A stretch of DNA of 62,852 nt, the filler included, from Octopus bimaculoides (Eukaryota): the NCBI RefSeq assembly GCF_001194135.2. It is 6 parts of 6 records of this genome, joined end to end, with 100 filler letters (N's around TTAATTAATTAA, not from the genome) between each part and the next. Parts side by side here need not be neighbours in the genome. Positions count along the whole stretch, not along the records: positions 1 to 23,764 come from NC_068986.1; positions 23,865 to 48,766 come from NC_068993.1; 4 more parts are not named here. The stretch is one strand, 5' to 3'. Position numbers and translations under genes: made by a program. Numbering within the stretch: the first letter of the stretch is position 1; each line of letters opens with the position of its first letter. The notes below the pieces were generated by a model. The model searched no databases. It worked only from the letters and a program-made list of their open reading frames with translations, and had not been told where the DNA came from. Positions 22,531-35,081 of the stretch are shown here, piece by piece.

Positions 22531-23269
22531 CAATTCCAGAAAACAGAGTTCGTTCTATTTTGTATTATTTTTTATTCAAGGTTACAGCTCTCCTCTCCTG
22601 GATGGGCTGCGTTCATTGCAGCTTGTGGCAACTATGCCTCTGGTATGTGATGAGGGTAGAACCCTTTCTATATATTGATAGCTGATCAGACTGTCTAGTT
22701 TCTCAGATGCGTCTCTCTGTAATTTAAGGAGAGTGTTTGGTTACCACTGTGGAAGTCGATAGTCACTGGGAAAATACTTGTCTTTGTAAGGGGAAGGATT
22801 AGTTACCAATGGAGCTTATTTAATAGCTTAATGGCAGCAACTGTGCCTGTCATCAAGATCTGTGTGGTTGGGTGAATACATCAGCTAGGACCTCCAGATG
22901 TAGTTCATCCACCACTACTTTTTTTCTAACTCATATAATATAAATATAACATGAACATTAATAGCTTCACTACCTCATTTGTATGTCTATCAAAACTTAC
23001 ATCATTTCAAATTAGTTATAATTTTGCAATTGTCTTACATTTTCTCAGACACATTGATGGTTTTTAGAAACAAGCAGCCATACATGCACACACACACACA
23101 TGCACGCACAATCATAAACAATCAAACAAATAAATGTATCTATCAATCAAATGATAACATGTTTAATATTGACATAATACCTTAATTGAATACTTATAAA
23201 ACATTTGCTGTTAATATTTTACACTTACTTAAAACTGGTGTTCATTTAAGTTTATTTTCTCTTTTACAG

Positions 23270-23410
23270 AAGGCTGCCAATCGCAAAATAGACCATGACA
23301 AAAAGCAATCGATGACAGATTATATTTACCCAGCCCTGCTTTTGGTGACAGGCATTGCTGTCCTCTCTGCCGGCGCTTTCTTTGTACACAAACGCTTCTT
23401 CAACAGATAA
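23270..23410 (+). CDS. SYNJ2BP: Terminal coding exon: linker + single TM helix + basic tail (tail-anchored; SYNJ2BP/OMP25-like)
   Basis: Polypyrimidine tract + tacag| acceptor, phase 0 compatible with 20764; KAANRKIDHDKKQSMTDYIYPALLLVTGIAVLSAGAFFVHKRFFNR*. Confidence 0.82.
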   Translation, partial: KAANRKIDHDKKQSMTDYIYPALLLVTGIAVLSAGAFFVHKRFFNR

Positions 23411-23719
23411 TTATGTAGAATTTTAGACATTTAGTTATTTTATCATCTATCAAATGAATTGGATCTCCTCCTCTCGCTNNNNNNNNNNTATATGTGCAGT
23501 ATATATACTATGTATATGTATAACATATGAAACATAATATATTCATATATAATATACATCATATGTAATATATATATGCAACATCTATCTACATATACAT
23601 ACATACACCTTCATATAAGTATGTATGGGCTAAGTATATATGTGATATATATATATAGTTGTAGGTGGGTATGTACACGTTTATACACATACATATACAC
23701 ACATATCTATATATGTGTG

Positions 23720-23764
<45 letters not shown>

Positions 23765-23864
23765 NNNNNNNNNNNNNNNNNNNNNNNNNNNNNNNNNNNN
23801 NNNNNNNNTTAATTAATTAANNNNNNNNNNNNNNNNNNNNNNNNNNNNNNNNNNNNNNNNNNNN
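23765..23864. other. Assembly join: 44 N + TTAATTAATTAA + 44 N
   Basis: Identical 100-bp construct at five places; the 12-mer gives stops in all six frames. Confidence 0.95.
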
Positions 23865-24536
23865 ATATATATATATATACATATATGTATACATATATAT
23901 GCATGCATGTATGTATGAAGGTATGTATGTGTGCTATTTGGAGAATATAAAGAAAAGGACCTCCGAAGAACATCAAATAACGGTAGGACCTTTAGTGTTG
24001 AGCTTCGAAGAAAAGGGTCAAATAGACAGAATATCGATGTAGAAAAATCATCTGAGGGTGAACGTTATGAATGGAACCAAAGACTAACAAGAATGGCCTT
24101 GCTGCTCTCCAATGCCACTTTTCAATATCTTTGATTCATACAACCATTTCCTTCCACTATACCCTCTGCATCTCCAACGCTTTCTTGACCATCGAAACCC
24201 ACACGCGCCCGCGCATATATGTATGTATGCATCTCTTATGCATGTGTCTGTGTATACTCAATGACGGACATCGCTATCATTGATTTGATTTTCTCCTCCC
24301 CACCTCCTCTCTTCATTTCTCTCGTAACTTTCCTTTCTCATTCCCCCTCATCTTTCCTTTGTTTCTTTTTGCTCATCATCTTTCCTTTATTTGCTCTCCA
24401 TTCTCTCCATTTATTCTTGTTTGTGTCTTCCTCTCCTTTTCTTATCTTTTTCTCTGTCGCTTTTCTCCTTTTGCACTTTTTCTATTTTTCACCCAGCGTT
24501 TTTTTTAATATTATTATCATAACCTATACCTTTTAT

Positions 24537-24537
<1 letters not shown>

Positions 24538-24626
<89 letters not shown>
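24538..24626. repeat. (CT)n(CA)n compound microsatellite
   Basis: Direct reading. Confidence 0.95.
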
Positions 24627-24627
<1 letters not shown>

Positions 24628-25006
24628 CTACTTTCTTTTCTACGCTTTCTCTTTCAATATTTCTCCCCGTAACTCCCTTTCGTACGTTTTATCTTTTCGT
24701 TCTTCTTGTCGTCTTCCAAGCAATGGCGCATTTAAGAATCTAACGTTTCCTCGATTTGCATCGTATATTTCCGCCAGAAAAGTTTGTTATAACGAGAAAC
24801 ATTTGATGAAATGAGAGAATTTCAATAACCAGATGTAATGATCGGAGATATGTGTACCTTTGTACAAATAATATATCGATCCCTTCCCACAGCGATTTTC
24901 CCATTTTCTCGTTGGGACACCTGAATATCTTTTAACCATCTTTTCAACTCTTGATCTTCGGTTGTCCGGTCCTCAACCATTCCAGAGTAGAATTATAGAT
25001 TGCTGT

Positions 25007-25304
25007 GAAGACGCGTGGCTTAGTGGTTAGGGGATTCGGCTCACAGTTATAAGGTCACGAATTCGATTCCCAGCGGTGCGTTGTGTCCTTCAGCGAGACA
25101 CTTTATTTGATGCTCCATCAGTCCATGCAACTGGCAAAAATGAGTTGTACCTGTAATACAATGGGCCAGCCTTGTCACATTCTTGCTGAATCTTCCAGAG
25201 AACTACGTTAAAGATACGCGTGTCTGTGGAGTGCTCAGCCAATTCCACGTTAATTTCTCGAGCAAGCTGTGCCGTTTATCAACTGGAACCGACGATGTGC
25301 CAAT
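25007..25304 (+). mobile_element. tRNA-derived SINE with CORE-like middle and family-B-type 3' tail
   Basis: Head 'gcgtggcttagtggttag..ttcgattccc'; 'gtgtccttcagcgagacactttattt' middle; tail shared with 15700-15876. Confidence 0.8.
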
Positions 25305-25334
25305 TACACACACACACGCACGCACACACACACA

Positions 25335-25376
<42 letters not shown>

Positions 25377-25527
25377 NNNNNNNNNNNNNNNNNNNNNNNN
25401 NNNNNNNNNNNNNNNNNNNNNNNNNNNNNNNNNNNNNNNNNNNNNNNNNNNNNNNNNNNNNNNNNNNNNNNNNNNNNNNNNNNNNNNNNNNNNNNNNNNN
25501 NNNNNNNNNNNNNNNNNNNNNNNNNNC

Positions 25528-25670
25528 TTAGCGGTTCGGAGAAAGTGGTCAACAGATTATGTAGAAAACTTGAAAAAAAGAAAATAAAAAAAAAAAACAG
25601 GTCGATTTTTTCGACTAAACACTTCAAGGCAGTGCCCCAGAATGACCGCAGTCAAAGATAAAAGATAGAA
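25528..25670 (+). mobile_element. SINE family A 3' half (after gap)
   Basis: 'cttagcggttcgg...ggtcgatt..cgactaa..gtgccccag.atgaccgcagtc'. Confidence 0.7.
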
Positions 25671-25751
25671 TATATCCCATGTCATCGAATTTGGTGTTGC
25701 GTTGCTCTGCTTTACCAAGACGCAATCTAAAGTGCTGAAATCAACCCCCCC

Positions 25752-25801
<50 letters not shown>

Positions 25802-25859
25802 GCTGCTACTACTATAAAAGCGGTACGAAGTATAAGCCACCGTTTTGCCATTAATCGAT

Positions 25860-26060
25860 TACGTAGAGACCAACCCGTCGAAAGAACAGCCAAATACCTT
25901 TCAAATCACACTCAACTGTCTTTAGAAAAAAAGGAAGGACACATAGTTGATAAAGCACATCTAAATACCGTATCCGAAGATACATTATCTATGGTCACGG
26001 TTGGAGAGCCTTTGAGCATAGGTCTGCTGGATTAGGTGTGATTCTGGGCAAAAAGAAAAG
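25860..26060. repeat. Interspersed repeat family F (opposite orientation)
   Basis: 'cagccaaat...tcaaatcacac...atggtcacggttgga.agcctttgagcataggtctgct'. Confidence 0.6.
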
Positions 26061-27395
26061 AAAAAAAAACTCCCAGAAAACAGCAACATCATCGTCATAG
26101 TCGTCGTCATCATCATCATTATCATCATCATCATCATCAACAATAACAACAACAATAGCAACTATTGCAGCTATCGTTGTAATACACCGCCTCTACCCCT
26201 ACCTAGCCCCATCACCACCATGGGTACGACCACGCCCATCACCACAATTGCCCCACCCTCCCTCACCACTGCCATCCCCTATCACGCCTCCATCAACAAT
26301 ATCACCGCCTTCTCCACCACCACCACCACCACCATCATTGCCGCCACATCCTCCAACACAACCACGCCTTTCCCCGCCNNNNNNNNNNNNNNNNNNNNNN
26401 NNNNNNNNNNNNNNNNNNNNNNNNNNNNNNNNNNNNNNNNNNNNNNNNNNNNNNNNNNNNNNNNNNNNNNNNNNNNNNNNNNNNNNNNNNNNNNNNNNNN
26501 NNNNNNNNNNNNNNNNNNNNNNNNNNNNNNNNNNNNNNNNNNNNNNNNNNNNNNNNNNNNNNNNNNNNNNNNNNNNNNNNNNNNNNNNNNNNNNNNNNNN
26601 NNNNNNNNNNNNNNNNNNNNNNNNNNNNNNNNNNNNNNNNNNNNNNNNNNNNNNNNNNNNNNNNNNNNNNNNNNNNNNNNNNNNNNNNNNNNNNNNNNNN
26701 NNNNNNNNNNNNNNNNNNNNNNNNNNNNNNNNNNNNNNNNNNNNNNNNNNNNNNNNNNNNNNNNNNNNNNNNNNNNNNNNNNNNNNNNNNNNNNNNNNNN
26801 NNNNNNNNNNNNNNNNNNNNNNNNNNNNNNNNNNNNNNNNNNNNNNNNNNNNNNNNNNNNNNNNNNNNNNNNNNNNNNNNNNNNNNNNNNNNNNNNNNNN
26901 NNNNNNNNNNNNNNNNNNNNNNNNNNNNNNNNNNNNNNNNNNNNNNNNNNNNNNNNNNNNNNNNNNNNNNNNNNNNNNNNNNNNNNNNNNNNNNNNNNNN
27001 NNNNNNNNNNNNNNNNNNNNNNNNNNNNNNNNNNNNNNNNNNNNNNNNNNNNNNNNNNNNNNNNNNNNNNNNNNNNNNNNNNNNNNNNNNNNNNNNNNNN
27101 NNNNNNNNNNNNNNNNNNNNNNNNNNNNNNNNNNNNNNNNNNNNNNNNNNNNNNNNNNNNNNNNNNNNNNNNNNNNNNNNNNNNNNNNNNNNNNNNNNNN
27201 NNNNNNNNNNNNNNNNNNNNNNNNNNNNGGATGGGTGCATCTGTACGTGTTCATTTGACAGCAGCCATACTGGAGCACCATCTTAAAGGGTTTTGGGCGA
27301 AAAAAAATACACTATATATAAACTCAGAAGAACTTAGATATGTTTCGGTCAAAGAAATAGCACCACTTGATAGGATTATCTAAATCCTTTTAAAG

Positions 27396-27868
27396 TCAAG
27401 TTTTGTTTATGGTCCATTCAAGTAGTGAGTTCTTGTTGAGTGAGTTGTATCCAAGTATAAGTGGCATATCTGGTATTCCTTGAAGAAATCTGTCCAGACT
27501 CCATTTAAAGGTGATGGGATCCTTTTCCTCTTTGATCAGTTTTGGGACAATGTTAAACAGGGCAGGACTTGTTGAAGAAAAGAAATTATGTCGCAGTGTA
27601 CCGATATGTTGTGATCCTGAATTGGGCAGGTGACGTATGACCCGTGGTCCCAGCCTTGGATGAACCTTGAAGCTAATGTTCAGGTCGTTTGGGCAATGCT
27701 GGTGGTATATTCTCCACATCGTACAAATGTTGTACCGCTCGCGGCGGCGCTGGAGAGAGTAGAGCTTCAAGGCTTTAAGGCGGTCCCAGTAATCAAGATC
27801 AGTCATGCCTTCAATTCGTTTGGTGAGTGACCTCTGGGGTGATTCAATCCTTGAGATGTTTTGTTTTG
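27396..27868 (-). mobile_element. CR1/L2-like LINE ORF2 C-terminus (3' end, open frame, truncated by gap)
   Basis: RIESPQRSLTKRIEGMTDLDYWDRLKALKLYSLQRRRERY...SPALFNIVPK..FKWSLDRFL matches the CR1-group post-RT motif (LExVQRxxTKxIxGxxxLxYxERLxxLxLxSLxxRRxR). Confidence 0.88.
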
Positions 27869-28744
27869 NNNNNNNNNNNNNNNNNNNNNNNNNNNNNNNN
27901 NNNNNNNNNNNNNNNNNNNNNNNNNNNNNNNNNNNNNNNNNNNNNNNNNNNNNNNNNNNNNNNNNNNNNNNNNNNNNNNNNNNNNNNNNNNNNNNNNNNN
28001 NNNNNNNNNNNNNNNNNNNNNNNNNNNNNNNNNNNNNNNNNNNNNNNNNNNNNNNNNNNNNNNNNNNNNNNNNNNNNNNNNNNNNNNNNNNNNNNNNNNN
28101 NNNNNNNNNNNNNNNNNNNNNNNNNNNNNNNNNNNNNNNNNNNNNNNNNNNNNNNNNNNNNNNNNNNNNNNNNNNNNNNNNNNNNNNNNNNNNNNNNNNN
28201 NNNNNNNNNNNNNNNNNNNNNNNNNNNNNNNNNNNNNNNNNNNNNNNNNNNNNNNNNNNNNNNNNNNNNNNNNNNNNNNNNNNNNNNNNNNNNNNNNNNN
28301 NNNNNNNNNNNNNNNNNNNNNNNNNNNNNNNNNNNNNNNNNNNNNNNNNNNNNNNNNNNNNNNNNNNNNNNNNNNNNNNNNNNNNNNNNNNNNNNNNNNN
28401 NNNNNNNNNNNNNNNNNNNNNNNNNNNNNNNNNNNNNNNNNNNNNNNNNNNNNNNNNNNNNNNNNNNNNNNNNNNNNNNNNNNNNNNNNNNNNNNNNNNN
28501 NNNNNNNNNNNNNNNNNNNNNNNNNNNNNNNNNNNNNNNNNNNNNNNNNNNNNNNNNNNNNNNNNNNNNNNNNNNNNNNNNNNNNNNNNNNNNNNNNNNN
28601 NNNNNNNNNNNNNNNNNNNNNNNNNNNNNNNNNNNNNNNNNNNNNNNNNNNNNNNNNNNNNNNNNNNNNNNNNNNNNNNNNNNNNNNNNNNNNNNNNNNN
28701 NNNNNNNNNNNNNNNNNNNNNNNNNNNNNNNNNNNNNNNNNNNN

Positions 28745-28798
<54 letters not shown>

Positions 28799-29199
28799 AA
28801 ACATTTATTTATGTAAAATAAATATATTTTACTGTAAAATAGAATATAAAATATGCAAAAAATAGTTATAAAAATTTACTAGAAATTTACATAAGTCTAC
28901 ATAAAAATTTTACAAAATTTGCCGAAACAACGAACAGGATGCTCTAAAAACCTTTTCTCGTCTTTCAAAGACATATTGTTTATGTTGTTCGCTACAATTT
29001 GTTTTGGAAAGCAATTGAAAGCAGGAAGATGTTCAATGAAAAACTCTGCTACAATACCAGTGAGAAGAAAGAATTGTTGGTTTAGAATTCCTCTCATGCA
29101 ATCCTGAAGTTTACAGCTGCGGATTTTCCCTTTTCCGATAAATGCCACATAGGTGGAGTGTGTTAGCCTTTGGCTCCTGTCTAGCGCATGTATGAACGT

Positions 29200-30169
29200 A
29201 CGCTGGCCTATTGGTATGTATGAATACCTGCTTACACACATGTATACATAAAGACATATATACATACATGCATACATACATGCATGCATAATACATACAG
29301 ACATGTACACATGCATGCATACATATATGTATACATGCATACATACATACATTCATACATACGTACATACATTCATACATACGTACATACATGAATGCAT
29401 AAATACATACATACATACATGCATAATACATACATCCATGTATACATGCATGCATACATACATACATAGACAAGCACATACATGTTTGTGTGTGTGTGTA
29501 AGTTCCTTTGTATGTGTATATATGAAAGTATGCATATGTGTCCTCATGTGTGTGCTTACGTGTGTGTGTATGGGCACATGTGTGCATGTGCATGTGTGTG
29601 TGTGCGCGTGTGTGTCTGTGTGTGTGGGTGTGCGCAACAAATGTTTACATACGTAATATTTGCATGTATCAATATATGACTACACGGCCATTTGTGCGTG
29701 TATGTCCATACGTGCGCACACAAGTATCTGTGTAAATATATAGCAATGTGTATACGTTTAATGTGTCTGCGCGCGCGCGCGTACGTCTGTGTGTGGGTGT
29801 GGGAGTGTGCCCCGATGCATGTCAGTGGCTGTGTGGGTGTGCATGCGTGTATGCATGTATGAGTGTGTCTGTGTAGGTGTCTATAAATTATTTATTTATT
29901 CTAAGCAGATGATTTACCACGTCGCTACTATGATTTCGGGCCTGTATGCATCAGCTTACGTACATACATACATACATACATACATACATACATACATACA
30001 TACATACATGCATACACACATACATACATAAACGCATATACACTTGGATACATGCATACATACATACATACATACATGCAGATACATACATACACATACA
30101 TGCATATACACATACATACACACATTCACATACATACATACATACATACAAACATACATACATACATAT

Positions 30170-30204
<35 letters not shown>

Positions 30205-30360
30205 ATCTATCGGGCTCTCTGTGTCTCCCTCTTTTTCTGTCTCTCGTTCTCTCCTTACACATACATACATGCATACATTGGTAGTTAATTCACACACACA
30301 CAGAGACACACAGACACACACACACACACACATACACACGCGCAGAGGCACACGCACATA
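29200..30360. repeat. Long degenerate (TACA)n/(TG)n/(CT)n microsatellite tract
   Basis: Direct reading; source of the many MYVC/HTYI ORFs. Confidence 0.92.
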
Positions 30361-31588
30361 TAAATAGGTACGTCGCATTCCCCGGTTCATAACTCACACA
30401 TTTTTCCCTTCCAAGAATAAATGTTATCTCTAAACTCTAGCAGCATTTTTGTTCCCCACAAATTTTGAAAACGGATTTGACTGGCGTGTCCAGTGTAGTG
30501 ATGGTACTTAGCAAGATGCTGACACGGTGTATCGGTACCAGTTATTCGTCAGCCAGTAGCATAATTGCTTCACGTGTCATTTGTAAGATAAGCAGGTGTT
30601 CCTCAGAATTAAACGTCATCTGTTGACTCTCAGTTTAGTTGTCTGTCTGACAAAGTCCCTCCCACAACGATGTCACACTACAGCAACGCAGTAGAGAAGA
30701 CATGTAATTAGCGACCAGGGACACACTGTGAAATCTTCCAAGCAACATGGTGATAGGGCAGCTCAGCGTCAGAACGGATTGTCACCAACCAATGAAATGA
30801 TTTTTGAAGGGAAGAAACAATGGGAGGAATGAAAGACAATTGGAAAATTGGAAGGACAAAATGCGGACTTTTGTCGTAAAGAAGCATAATTCCTACAAAT
30901 ACAAGAAGCCATACAATTATGGAGAGACAATCAATACATTATGGAGTATAAAGTTTTGAAGATGATATTGGGTTCGAGGAGAAGAGAAAGGGGAAATATA
31001 CCAGCAGTTGAGTTTAGTTCTTAGTACAGTTCTTAGGACTTGGTTCTACCGTTTCATAAAACCTAAGGGTTGTGCAGACGATACTTGAAAGGCTTAGTGA
31101 AATATACTTGATGTTTTACAAATATGTGATCAGCGTTAGAAAGGAAAATATCACAAGAACCATGAGAAATGTGTCTTATATGTAGTTCACAATGTAAACG
31201 AAATGCTGTAGCATTTTCGTCTCTCACTGAATACAATCAACAAAACCGGATCGGAGTATACAAGGAAGGTAGGAAAATGTTTGAAGCCATCATCGGAATA
31301 TGATGTTAGTGGAGTGTTCCCCCACCTCCATGCACTGGAGGGGGGGGAGGGAATTTCTAGAAGAGACTGGAGGGGGAAAAGAAAAATATAAAGTTGAACA
31401 GGAAAAATTCCTGATATGACAGAAACAAATTCCAAGGTGGGATATTCCTCGATATAACCCAGAGATGAACTAATGCGCAGATTTAGAAAAAAGCATTAAA
31501 TGACAGAACCTTAAAAAGCAAAGAAGCAGAAAAGACAGACGGGCGGATAGACAGACAGACAGATGGACAGACAGACTGACAGACAGAC

Positions 31589-31626
<38 letters not shown>

Positions 31627-31633
31627 TCACAAC

Positions 31634-31710
31634 TTTCGTTTTCTTGTTTCAGTCATTTGACTGTGGCCATGCTGGAGCACCGCTTTTAGTCGAACAAACC
31701 GACCCCAGGA
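31634..31710 (-). mobile_element. SINE family A 3' tip
   Basis: 'cttgtttcagtcatttgactgtggccatgctggagcaccgc..gaccccagga'. Confidence 0.75.
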
Positions 31711-31995
31711 TACACTCGAACACGCACCATCGTTTTTGAGATCACCACTACTTTATTATCTCCCCTTCATCCTAACTCTCCTGTGTGACCCTTCTGTCTG
31801 GCATTCGCCATGACAGATCGCTAGCCACTACATATTCTTTATTTTCTCTCCTTGTTTCTTTCTGTGTTCCTTGCTGTGGAAGAGCGTAGGCTCGAAACGT
31901 TAAAGACTTTTTCACTTCCCGAGCGTTAAACTAATACATCTGTTTGTTGTCTACACCACCTGTCTTCGTCTTTTGTTATTTTGTGAATTCCTCCT
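31711..31995 (+). mobile_element. PLE-like terminal repeat (family E), ends in (TA)n
   Basis: Carries 'gaagagcgtaggctcgaaacgttaaagac'; related reverse copy at 61935-61972. Confidence 0.6.
31869..31906 (+). ncRNA. Minimal type I hammerhead-like motif (degenerate core)
   Basis: CTGTGGA-A-GAGC-gtag-GCTC-GAAA-CG-T-T-AAAGA: 4-bp stem II, loopless palindromic stem III (ACGT), imperfect stem I; A6 is U. Confidence 0.5.
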
Positions 31996-32211
31996 ATGTA
32001 TATATATATATATATNNNNNNNNNNNNNNNNNNNNNNNNNNNNNNATATGCTATACATATAGATATGTATATACACCCATATGCATATACGTATACGTAC
32101 ATATATATACATACAGACATATCTATATATTTATATATACACACACATACACACACATTTATACATATATATAGATATATGTCACCCACACACGCACACA
32201 CACACACACAA

Positions 32212-32266
<55 letters not shown>

Positions 32267-33800
32267 CTGGTAGAATTGAAGTATTTCAATCTTTACAAAA
32301 GAAAAACAAACAAGTAACACCTGTCTCTCGATGAATTTCGTTGTTTTTCACCGACATAATTTCAATTTAAGAATTGAAAAACCAATGCCAACAGATTTTC
32401 CTATGTCTGCGATGATCTCCGACACAAAATTCTTTCTCATAATTCGTCTTTTATTGTCTTCTGTTGCGACATCACATTATATATAAATCGCCAGCAAAGC
32501 GGGAGTCATTGTTCCCCAAGTGAGCTTTCTTTCTCTGCCGCATAGAAGCGATCGCGTCGAAAGCTATTCTCATTCCGTTTGTCTTTTGTAGAGTTTAAAC
32601 AGTTTCCAATATAGAAAAGAAAACATCCATCAGAAAACAGAACGGTATAAGAAATACAGAGGATGATGGATAAGAATGAAGCCAGGAATAGAGAAGATGA
32701 AAGAGGGAGAGAGAAGAAGAAAGTTAAGGAAGAGAGAAGAAGGAAGTTAAGGAAGAAAGACAAGAGAGAAAAAGTCAAAGTGTGAGAGGGAGAGAAAGAG
32801 AGCGAGAGGTTTTATTTCTTGCAGACTTCGTTTCCATAGCGGTACATATTTGCTACGCAAAGAGGTTAAATGAAGAAAATGCCATGCAAATTGTAAGTGA
32901 GCGCATATTATGGAGCCGTAGGGTGGCAGTTTGTACTATGAGCATCAGTGTAACAATGTCACTGAATATTAATATTGGATGTTGCTTTCCGTATATCTTG
33001 ACCAACATAAATACTTAATAACGTCTCCAACTTCAAACGAATTTGTGCAGAGAAAGAAAAACGAAACACAGAAATTTCAAACGTACGGCGACGTATATTA
33101 TTATGAACGTATACGTATGCACGCACGCACGCACGCACACACGCATGAGCACACGCACGCACACACATGTATACATGCATATGCATATGTGCATGTGTGT
33201 ATGTGTGTGTAAGTATACAAACACACACACACATATGCGCACATATATGCACATAAAGCATGCACACATACATATAGTATACACATGTATAATGTACAAT
33301 TTTGTGTGCATGCATATATACCATATATATATGTATATATATATATATATTTATATTTGTGTGCATACACACACACACACAGTCACTCACTCACACATAC
33401 ACACACACATATTCATACATATGATTATTTTTTCAAATCCTCTTTAAAAATAGGTCACTTTGTACTGAAAAGGTCGCCAAGAAAGAAGTTCACTTATGTG
33501 AATAATGTAACGAAGTAAACTAATTAATATTGCCCTTATTTCTTTCTCTTACAACTTTTATNNNNNNNNNNNNNNNNNNNNNNNNNNNNNNNNNNNNNNN
33601 NNNNNNNNNNNNNNNNNNNNNNNNNNNNNNNNNNNNNNNNNNNNNNNNNNNNNNNNNNNNNNNNNNNNNNNNNNNNNNNNNNNNNNNNNNNNNNNNNNNN
33701 NNNNNNNNNNNNNNNNNNNNNNNNNNNNNNNNNNNNNNNNNNNNNNNNNNNNNNNNNNNNNNNNNNNNNNNNNNNNNNNNNNNNNNNNNNNNNNNNNNNN

Positions 33801-34134
33801 CAATGGAACAGCCTGCTCGTGAAATTAACGTGCAAGTGGCTGAGCACTCCACAGACACGTATACCCTTAACGTAGTTCTCGGGGATATTCAGCGTGACAC
33901 AGTGTAACAAGGCTGACCCTTTGAATTACAGGCACAACAGAAACAGGAAGTAAGACTGAGAGAAAGTTGTGGTGGAAGAGTACAGCAGGGTTCGCCACCA
34001 TCCCCTGCCGGAGCCGCGTGGAGCTTTAAGTGTTTTCGCTTAATAAACACTCAAAACGCCTGGTCTGGGAATCGAAACCGCGATCCTACGACCGTGAGTC
34101 CGCTGCCCTAACCACTGGGCCATTGCACCTCCAC
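33801..34134 (-). mobile_element. SINE family B (3' end lost in gap)
   Basis: Near-identical to 17110-17437. Confidence 0.9.
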
Positions 34135-34282
34135 GAAGCCTTCCTTAACCAAGGTAAGAAAAACATTGCAACATTATTGGAAAGAATTCTGATATCAGTT
34201 ACTTTATCGATAGAAGGAGGACGAACAGCACAGTCGGTCGCAGCAGGACTTGAATTCAGAGTGGAAAAGGAACAAAACATTG

Positions 34283-34496
34283 GCTTCAAATTTTGTCACA
34301 AGCTCGGCAGTTTCAATGAAGGGGGCAAGTTGATTACATTGACCGCAATATGTAACTGCTACTTATTTTACCGACTCCCGAAAGGATGAAATGCAAAAAT
34401 AGCTTCGGCGGAATTCGAACTGGGAACGTAAACACAGACGAAATGCTGCTATGCATTTTGCCCAGCGTGTTAACGATTCTGCCAGCTCACAGCATT
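34283..34496 (-). mobile_element. SINE family D
   Basis: Reverse copy retaining CpGs ('cttcggcggaattcgaac..acgaaat'). Confidence 0.75.
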
Positions 34497-34969
34497 AGAA
34501 ATTATTTTTAATAGATATTAAAAATAAGAATTTCATTTGGTTTTCTTTATTAGACAAAGACAATTTCTGTTGTAGAGTGTGTGAAAATGACTTAATAAAA
34601 CGGTACATCAGTGGTACTTACTTAGAGAGGAGCTACATAAGGAAACATTCTAATTAGTTTGATATGAAGAGAGCTCTTTTGTCCCTTTCTATTTCACTCT
34701 CCATAATAAATTTTCTTGCAGTAACATTACCTTCCTTCTACGTACTATCAGGTTAACGAGCGATCTCGGTGACTACCTTCTTAAGTCCTCTGTGCTCCGC
34801 AGAAAATTTTCCTGGGAGAATACAAAAATGGTTTTGCGTAGCCTTTGAGCGCTGTTTAGATTGCTATAGACTATCCTATGGAGACCTTTTGGGTCTCAGC
34901 GTGTATATGTAGACAACTTTTTGAGAAATTGCTGGGTGTATAAAAGTAGATAAAGAGGTATATAGATAG

Positions 34970-35081
<112 letters not shown>

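Noticed and set aside
23809-23820. Recurrent TTAATTAATTAA (also 48811, 55853, 59898, 61737) as a biological motif or array repeat
   Set aside because: Always centred in exactly 44 N + 12 + 44 N; a six-frame-stop assembly linker.
29111-30390. Many long ORFs rich in YI/HT/CV/MYV/SL dipeptides (here and throughout)
   Set aside because: Translations of (TA)n, (CA)n, (TACA)n and (CT)n microsatellites.
30780-31500. Possible decayed CR1-like LINE
   Set aside because: Only faint resemblance; no motif I could read with confidence.
32506-32778. Minus-strand ORF ending ...RRDRFYAAEKESSLGEQ as an exon
   Set aside because: Mostly the reverse of a GA-rich tract; no recognisable domain or partner exon.
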